In this document: positions 44,580-49,844 of the stretch, piece by piece | How the letters are laid out: the number at the start of each line of letters is the position of its first letter | Position numbering within the stretch: the first letter of the stretch is position 1 | The notes under the pieces: generated by a model | The model's database searches: none | The model's input: only the letters and a program-made list of their open reading frames with translations | Told to the model about the DNA's origin: nothing | Assembly: GCA_029856685.1 (NCBI GenBank) | Contig: JAHKKZ010000003.1 | Location: 1-49,844, forward strand | Origin: Candidatus Njordarchaeota archaeon | GTDB taxonomy: Archaea > Asgardarchaeota > Njordarchaeia > Njordarchaeales > Panguiarchaeaceae | Length of the DNA stretch: 49,844 nucleotides | Direction of reading: 5' to 3' | Made by a program: the position numbers and the translations under genes

Positions 44580-45788
44580 ATGTTTATGGGGAAAATTATT
44601 GTAGCACCAGAAACATTAGATCACTCATTCATTCCAGAGAAATTACCGACACGAGAGAATATCCGATCTGAGCTTTTTTTAAAGATTCGACAGTTTTTTT
44701 CTCAGTCCTCTGGGAAGGGATTTAAGGGCATCCATATCTCTGGAAGTGTTGGCTCTGGAAAAACAGTCTTATCACGTAGGGTTGCTGCTGATTTAAAGAC
44801 AGTGTTTAGGGAGAATCTCATCATATGCTATGTTAATTGCAGGTTTTCTAAGAGAGTCTATCGCGTACTCGCACAAATAGCGTCGCAAATATCATCTTCC
44901 CTCCCCCAGCGTGGTCTGTCTAAGGATGAGTTTTTAGAGCTAATATTTCTTGCAACAAAAGAAAGAGCGCAGAGACTCCTCATAATATTAGATGAAATCG
45001 ACTCTCTATTTTGGGGAAATGAAGGTGAAAAAGCTACGGATATGCTTTATTCTCTATCGCGGTATCTTGAAAAAACAACATTCAGCAACTTTTTTGTCGC
45101 AACTATAAGTATCAGCAGAACCGAAGAATTCATATTTAGCTGGCTTGATCCAGCAACTAGGGCCTCGTTTATCCACGAGAAAAAACATCTTGAGGCATAC
45201 GGTCCAGGGGAACTTGTTGAGATACTAAGATATCGAGCCAAGTTGGCCTTCAGAAATGGAACTATTAGCGAAGAGAGTCTGTCATATTTAGCTAACTTTG
45301 TTGCTAATCAAGCATGGGGCAATGCAAGAACGGCAATAGACCTTTTGCGACTTGCTGGTGAGATAGCAGAGCATAAGAATGAGGATGTTGTTAGACCAGA
45401 ACACATCAGATTGGCCATAAAGGAGTATGCATTAATACCTGCACTCGACATGGAAAAGCTTATTGGGCTAGGACGACATAAACTTATTCTGCTCCTAGCA
45501 ACAATATTGGCGCTAAAAAACAGTAATAGGAGCTATGTCACAAGAACTATGGTTCAGGAATACTATCGAGAACTCTGTGCCGAATATGGCGAAGAACCAA
45601 GAAAGACAACACAGATATGGCGCTACCTGAGAGAGATTGAATACGAACTTAGTGGTATTGTTGAAGTTACAGTAAGTGGAAAAAATCAGCGAGGACGTTC
45701 AACCAGGATATCAATAAACGTGCCTCTGGATACCCTCGAAAAAAATATTGTTAAAATTCTAAAGAAAATCCCTTCAGGGTTGGGGTAA
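44580..45788 (+). CDS. cdc6: Orc1/Cdc6 replication initiator
   Basis: FIPEKLPTRE, GSVGSGKT, YVNC, ILDEID, GNARTAIDLL, C-terminal wHTH with RGRST. Confidence 0.93.
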   Translation: MFMGKIIVAPETLDHSFIPEKLPTRENIRSELFLKIRQFFSQSSGKGFKGIHISGSVGSGKTVLSRRVAADLKTVFRENLIICYVNCRFSKRVYRVLAQIASQISSSLPQRGLSKDEFLELIFLATKERAQRLLIILDEIDSLFWGNEGEKATDMLYSLSRYLEKTTFSNFFVATISISRTEEFIFSWLDPATRASFIHEKKHLEAYGPGELVEILRYRAKLAFRNGTISEESLSYLANFVANQAWGNARTAIDLLRLAGEIAEHKNEDVVRPEHIRLAIKEYALIPALDMEKLIGLGRHKLILLLATILALKNSNRSYVTRTMVQEYYRELCAEYGEEPRKTTQIWRYLREIEYELSGIVEVTVSGKNQRGRSTRISINVPLDTLEKNIVKILKKIPSGLG

Positions 45789-45795
45789 TTTCGTT

Positions 45796-46170
45796 CTATT
45801 TTGTCCCCTTGAACTGCTCCCTTATTTGCTCTATGGTTACTCCCTGTATTCTCTTGAGCAATTCATTGAGTTCCTCCAACTGAAGAAACTTTGGTTCCCC
45901 TATATCTGGTAAAAATAGGAAAGCTGGGATGTATCGCCCATCTTCTCTTAGTTTCTCACGAATAGGCTTTGTTATATCAATGAATTTTTCTGGCATGAGT
46001 ATTATCGCGTATTCGGTTTGTTTTGCCTCGAGAATTTCTCTTAATACGGCTAGAAGCTCCGCATCATCCTCCATTATTTTTGCTTCCACACCAACAATTG
46101 CGAAGATTTTTCCTAGGTCTTCATAGTCCTTGGTAGCGGCAAACAGAATTTTGTATGCCTCCGCACTCAA
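45796..46170 (-). CDS. A/V-type ATPase subunit F-like
   Basis: F.IVGV...EYAIILM....I...IPAFLFLPD...L.ELLKRIQGV. Confidence 0.65.
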   Translation of the reverse strand: MSAEAYKILFAATKDYEDLGKIFAIVGVEAKIMEDDAELLAVLREILEAKQTEYAIILMPEKFIDITKPIREKLREDGRYIPAFLFLPDIGEPKFLQLEELNELLKRIQGVTIEQIREQFKGTK

Positions 46171-46172
46171 GT

Positions 46173-47543
46173 TTATCCTCTCAGATAATTCTCTATAAAT
46201 TCATCCACAACATTTTCTAGTGTATATCCAGAAACTTCAACAATATCATACTTGACCTGCACAATAGGCTTATTCACATTTAAGCCATATACTTCAAAAA
46301 TCCTACTGAGCGTCACCGGTGTTCCCGAGACAATCACATCTGCCTTCACATGATTTATTACATCAAGAAGCACTTTGACCTGCTTCTTATTGTAGCCTAT
46401 TGTAGGTAGAATCTTACCTAGGTGGGGGTATTTTCCGTAAATCTCTTCCAAAACAGAATCTTTAGGTACATAGGGACGAGGATCAACTACTTCTTTCGCA
46501 CCAAACATTCGCGCTGCAAGTAGGCCTGCTGCTAGATCGGCTTCTCCATGGGTTACTGTTGGTCCATCCTCTATTACTAAGACCCTCTTATTGCGTATCA
46601 TTGATGGGTCCTCAACATGTATCTGTGATTCTGCAAGTATTATTCTAGCTTTTGGATTCACTCTTTGAACATTCCTGATTATCGCTTTCCAATTGTCGAA
46701 CGGCGCCGGCCCAATCTTATTTATTAGTACAACATCACACATCCTTATGTTTACACTACCTGGAAAATATGTTAACTCGTGGCCTGGTCGAAGAGCATCG
46801 GCAACAGTTATCATCAAATCTGGCTTTATGAATGGAAAATCGTTATTGCCTCCATCCCAAAGAATCACATCGGCATTTTTCTCAGCCTCTCTGAGGATTT
46901 TCTCATAGTCTATCCCAGACCACACTTCGAAACCATTCTGCAAGTAATGCTCAAACTCCTCTAACTCTTCTATAGAAAGATCTCCTGTTGCCAATTTTTT
47001 GTATGCATCATCCATTGTCTTGAAGCATTCCACTACCTTCTTACTTAGATCCTTCGCATATGGCATGGGATGTCTTATAGCTGCGATCTTTATTCCCTTC
47101 TTACGGAATATCTTAGCAAGCTTCCTTGAGACTGAAGATTTACCTGCTCCTGTCCTAACAGCTGTAACTGCTATGACAGGTTTCTCACTTTCTAGCATAG
47201 TATCCTTTGGGCCTAGCAACATAAAAGACGCTCCATTCGCTAGTGCTATCGATGCGCGCTCCATCAAATACTCAAAGCTTATATCTGAGTATGAGAATAC
47301 TACTAGGTCCGCTCCTTTCTCTCTAATAATTTTGGGAAGGTCCTTTTCAGGAATTAAAGGTATTCCTTGAGGATACAGTTTTCCTGCTAGTTCTGGGGGG
47401 TATATCCTATCCGAAATCTCTGGGATTTGAGTCTGTGTGAAAGCAACGACTTCAAAATCTGGGTTATCTCTAAAGAAGACATTGAAGTTATGGAAATCCC
47501 TACCTGCAGCGCCCATAATCACTACCTTACGTCGCTTAGCCAT
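46173..47543 (-). CDS. P-loop protein, COG2403 / cyclic 2,3-diphosphoglycerate synthetase-like
   Basis: MGAAGRDFHNFN, RTGAGKS, RHPMPY, WDGGNND, EDGPTVTHG. Confidence 0.87.
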   Translation of the reverse strand: MAKRRKVVIMGAAGRDFHNFNVFFRDNPDFEVVAFTQTQIPEISDRIYPPELAGKLYPQGIPLIPEKDLPKIIREKGADLVVFSYSDISFEYLMERASIALANGASFMLLGPKDTMLESEKPVIAVTAVRTGAGKSSVSRKLAKIFRKKGIKIAAIRHPMPYAKDLSKKVVECFKTMDDAYKKLATGDLSIEELEEFEHYLQNGFEVWSGIDYEKILREAEKNADVILWDGGNNDFPFIKPDLMITVADALRPGHELTYFPGSVNIRMCDVVLINKIGPAPFDNWKAIIRNVQRVNPKARIILAESQIHVEDPSMIRNKRVLVIEDGPTVTHGEADLAAGLLAARMFGAKEVVDPRPYVPKDSVLEEIYGKYPHLGKILPTIGYNKKQVKVLLDVINHVKADVIVSGTPVTLSRIFEVYGLNVNKPIVQVKYDIVEVSGYTLENVVDEFIENYLRG

Positions 47544-47634
47544 GCTGAGACACCTCTAAAAGAAATTAATATCATTGAGAATGCATTGTTGATTAACAGG
47601 ATTAAAGATAAGTGAAAATATTCTGGAAAGAGTA

Positions 47635-48285
47635 ATGAGGGATAAGAATATGTTCTACCCCCTAGCAATATATCTTTCCCCTGAGAAAAAATTTATCTTG
47701 GAATTCAAAGAAGCCATCATATTCCTCGACCCACGCAACCTAGAAAATATAGCTGAATTTACGGATAAGGTACATAAACCTGTAAATATAATGCTGAGCG
47801 GAAAGGAATCGGATCTAAGCATATCTGACCTTAGTGAGATGTATAGGGTCATAGCGCCGCCCATACAGAGCTTCTATCACCCTCTAGTATCAATATACAG
47901 GGAAGAAGAAACAGTCTTCCTAACAAAAAATTTACTTGGATATTTTCTTAACCCACCTACCATAGATAGGGAAAACAATACTATAAGCTACTTCATCTTC
48001 CTAACGACTACACAGTTGGAAGTATTATATGTGCCGAGAATAACATTTGTCGCAAATCCACCAAACGTTGATATAATATTGACCTATAAGCATGTATTGG
48101 ACCAAGCAAAAAAGTTTTCAGAAAAACCCAATAACATTCCAAAATATCTCGGAGGAACCCCTCAATGGTGTATAGTATTAAGCAAGAAAGACAGCGTCGA
48201 ACCGCCCATCATATACATAAATAGGAAGAAGTATGGGGTGTATAGACACCTCCTAGAGGTTCGTATAAGGGAGATTAGAAGCTAA
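47635..48285 (+). CDS. Hypothetical protein
   Basis: 216-aa ORF; vaguely MBL-fold-like N-terminus (IIFLDP) but no His motif. Confidence 0.55.
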   Translation: MRDKNMFYPLAIYLSPEKKFILEFKEAIIFLDPRNLENIAEFTDKVHKPVNIMLSGKESDLSISDLSEMYRVIAPPIQSFYHPLVSIYREEETVFLTKNLLGYFLNPPTIDRENNTISYFIFLTTTQLEVLYVPRITFVANPPNVDIILTYKHVLDQAKKFSEKPNNIPKYLGGTPQWCIVLSKKDSVEPPIIYINRKKYGVYRHLLEVRIREIRS

Positions 48286-48350
48286 TGCATATTAGAAACA
48301 TCCTAAAATCCCTTAGAATAACCAAAGATTACCACTAAAAAATAAGCAAT

Positions 48351-48406
48351 AGGTCAGAGTGGTGCACGTTCATCACTAATCAGAGCAGGTCAGACATCAT
48401 CATCAG
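48351..48406 (-). ncRNA. Box C/D sRNA guiding both strands of 16S rRNA h34
   Basis: Perfect boxes: ATGATGA-tgtctgacctgct-CTGA-tta-GTGATGA-acgtgcaccact-CTGA; guides pair with (G/A)GCAGGUCAG and GUGGUGCAUG. Confidence 0.92.
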
Positions 48407-48446
48407 AATTTATAATAAGCAATATTATGCACTTAAAGCCATCCAT

Positions 48447-49160
48447 CTAGAACTTAAGAATGCACCTAGGATCTTCATCCCACCTAACGAACAAAATCAC
48501 CTTGGTCTTCATTGAGATACCCCATGGCGTCGGCTCATCTGTCTGAGCAATAGCCCAACGAGCAAGAGGAAGGAAGATAGGTGTATACCCATACCTCCTA
48601 GCAAAAACCCTCAAGTCGGTGAGATTGATAGCATGCATCCAAGAAGACTCAGCACTAGGGCCTTCCCCAATATCTAGAAAATACCTGACGAAAGGAAAAC
48701 GCAGAATTTTAACTCCGTATCCCTCATTTGCGGGGATCCAACTACCAATAACCGTTGAGGGAGCATAAACCTCGAGAGCTTCCTCAATGCTCATTTTCTC
48801 CACACAAATCCTCTCTCCCCATAACCGCCACGAGTAGTCATCCGTAGCAATAATATCCACACCAAACTTCCTAAGCCAAAAAGAGAGCTTCCCACGACCA
48901 GCACAAACCTCAACCTTTGGATCTGGAAGCTTCCTAAGAACACTAGACAAAGCAACAACAAACTCAAAAGTCTCAACATTAAACAACGAAAACCTTGAAC
49001 AAAAACGAAGCCAACCATCTTTACCCAAATATCTCACTAGATCCACAACCTCAGCATATCGCGGTATTGAATTGACGTCGAGAATCTTGCCAACAACAAA
49101 GCCATAAGATTCGGAATTATGACTAATGTAGTATGACTCATTCATTCCCCAATAACCCAC
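48447..49160 (-). CDS. Putative SAM-dependent methyltransferase-like protein
   Basis: VEVCAGRG, IIATD, VIGSWIP, DIGE. Confidence 0.6.
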   Translation of the reverse strand: MGYWGMNESYYISHNSESYGFVVGKILDVNSIPRYAEVVDLVRYLGKDGWLRFCSRFSLFNVETFEFVVALSSVLRKLPDPKVEVCAGRGKLSFWLRKFGVDIIATDDYSWRLWGERICVEKMSIEEALEVYAPSTVIGSWIPANEGYGVKILRFPFVRYFLDIGEGPSAESSWMHAINLTDLRVFARRYGYTPIFLPLARWAIAQTDEPTPWGISMKTKVILFVRWDEDPRCILKF

Positions 49161-49333
49161 TTTGGGAACCCAATTCTCATTTCTACTTCACAGCATGTAG
49201 CAACACTTCTGTTTCGTAGAAGGTCACTTATGAGCATATAGTCAAAAACTTATGTTCACAGCTACTTCTATTAGTATGCTTTAAAAATAACTAAACCTAA
49301 GATACTATAGCTACTCAGATAATACTGGGGTTT

Positions 49334-49408
49334 GCCCCCGTGGTGTAGTGGCTAGCATGTGGGCCTGTCAAGCCCGAGATGCGGGTTCGATTCCCGCCGG
49401 GGGCGCCA
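49334..49408 (+). tRNA. tRNA-Asp(GTC), CCA encoded
   Basis: GCCCCCG/CGGGGGC acceptor, TGGGC-CTGTCAA-GCCCG, T-loop TTCGATT. Confidence 0.96.
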
Positions 49409-49650
49409 ACACATCTATTTTACCTTCTATCCAAAATGATATATAGCTCTGCGAATATTGGCAAAGTCCTCTATATGATCATTCGACAGAACAAATATGC
49501 TATACTCTATATCAGCTTGCAAGGTCCCAATCTTACGTTTTATTAATTCTCTACTGTTGAGATTTATTTATTGGTCTTAGTTGAGAACAAAAATTGGCCG
49601 CATAAAAGCAAGAGCAAGGACACGTGTTGGAAGGATAAAGGTGCGGGAGA

Positions 49651-49725
49651 GTGGCAGTAAGACTAAGAATAGAGATTAGGAGAGGAAATAAGAAGGTAGA
49701 CACAGTAGCGTTTCACTTTGGGTAG
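49651..49725 (+). pseudogene. Possible N-terminal remnant of an archaeal clan-AA aspartic protease-like gene
   Basis: SD-like AAGGTG then (M)AVRLRIEIRRGNKKVDTVA, stopping before a catalytic motif. Confidence 0.25.
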
Positions 49726-49795
49726 ATATTCCCAAATTTAGTTATATTTGACAAGGAATACCTACCCCCTCATCGCACATATCATCCCCTCCCAC

Positions 49796-49833
49796 GGGCA
49801 CCCATCGGCGGAGACGCTCCGCCTTTGGTGCCT
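49796..49833. other. GC-rich hairpin at window edge, possible structured ncRNA
   Basis: GGGCACC-(CATC)-GGCGGAG-ACG-CTCCGCC-(TTT)-GGTGCCT with TGA/GA-type motifs flanking on the - strand. Confidence 0.4.
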
Positions 49834-49844
49834 AGCTCATCGGG

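Noticed and set aside
44500-45900. Replication origin next to cdc6
   Set aside because: Flanking gaps are under 15 nt and no ORB-like repeats were seen.
1-49844. CRISPR array, rRNA, SRP RNA, RNase P RNA, IS elements
   Set aside because: No spaced direct repeats, conserved rRNA/SRP/RNase P motifs or transposase ORFs were recognised; the short rRNA-like strings are sRNA guides.

Overview
A gene-dense archaeal chromosomal window made up mostly of informational housekeeping genes. These cover ribosomal proteins, RNAP subunits Rpo4/Rpo10, a TFE-beta/RPC34-like factor, SRP54, aIF-1A, SerRS, Trm1, EndA, Sm, thermosome, Top6A, FEN1, two RPA-like OB proteins, GINS, Cdc45/RecJ, Orc1/Cdc6 and Pcc1. There are 7 tRNA genes, 4 with BHB introns (one at a non-canonical position). 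Eukaryote-signature-type genes are present: a bona fide actin, an adjacent MglA-type GTPase and three Roadblock/LC7 proteins. With GC-rich tRNA stems and charge-rich proteins, this suggests a thermophilic Asgard or Asgard-related archaeon (inference). Highlights not in the ORF track: (i) three intergenic box C/D sRNAs whose five assignable guides point, by the N+5 rule, to rRNA positions that appear equivalent to yeast 2'-O-methylation sites; (ii) an rpo10 gene that cannot start at ATG/GTG/TTG (ATT most likely); (iii) a palindrome abutting the actin TATA box; (iv) a structured leader upstream of a methanogen-type SerRS. Other notable items are an actin-MglA gene pair, a coiled-coil protein with repeated MIM2-like motifs, eS6 with a ~160-aa extension, a wHTH-PrimPol, a minimal pilin/Tad-like locus and widespread fragmentation of normally conserved operons. 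No CRISPR array, rRNA gene or clear IS element was seen. All calls come from motif recognition by eye; no database searches were run.
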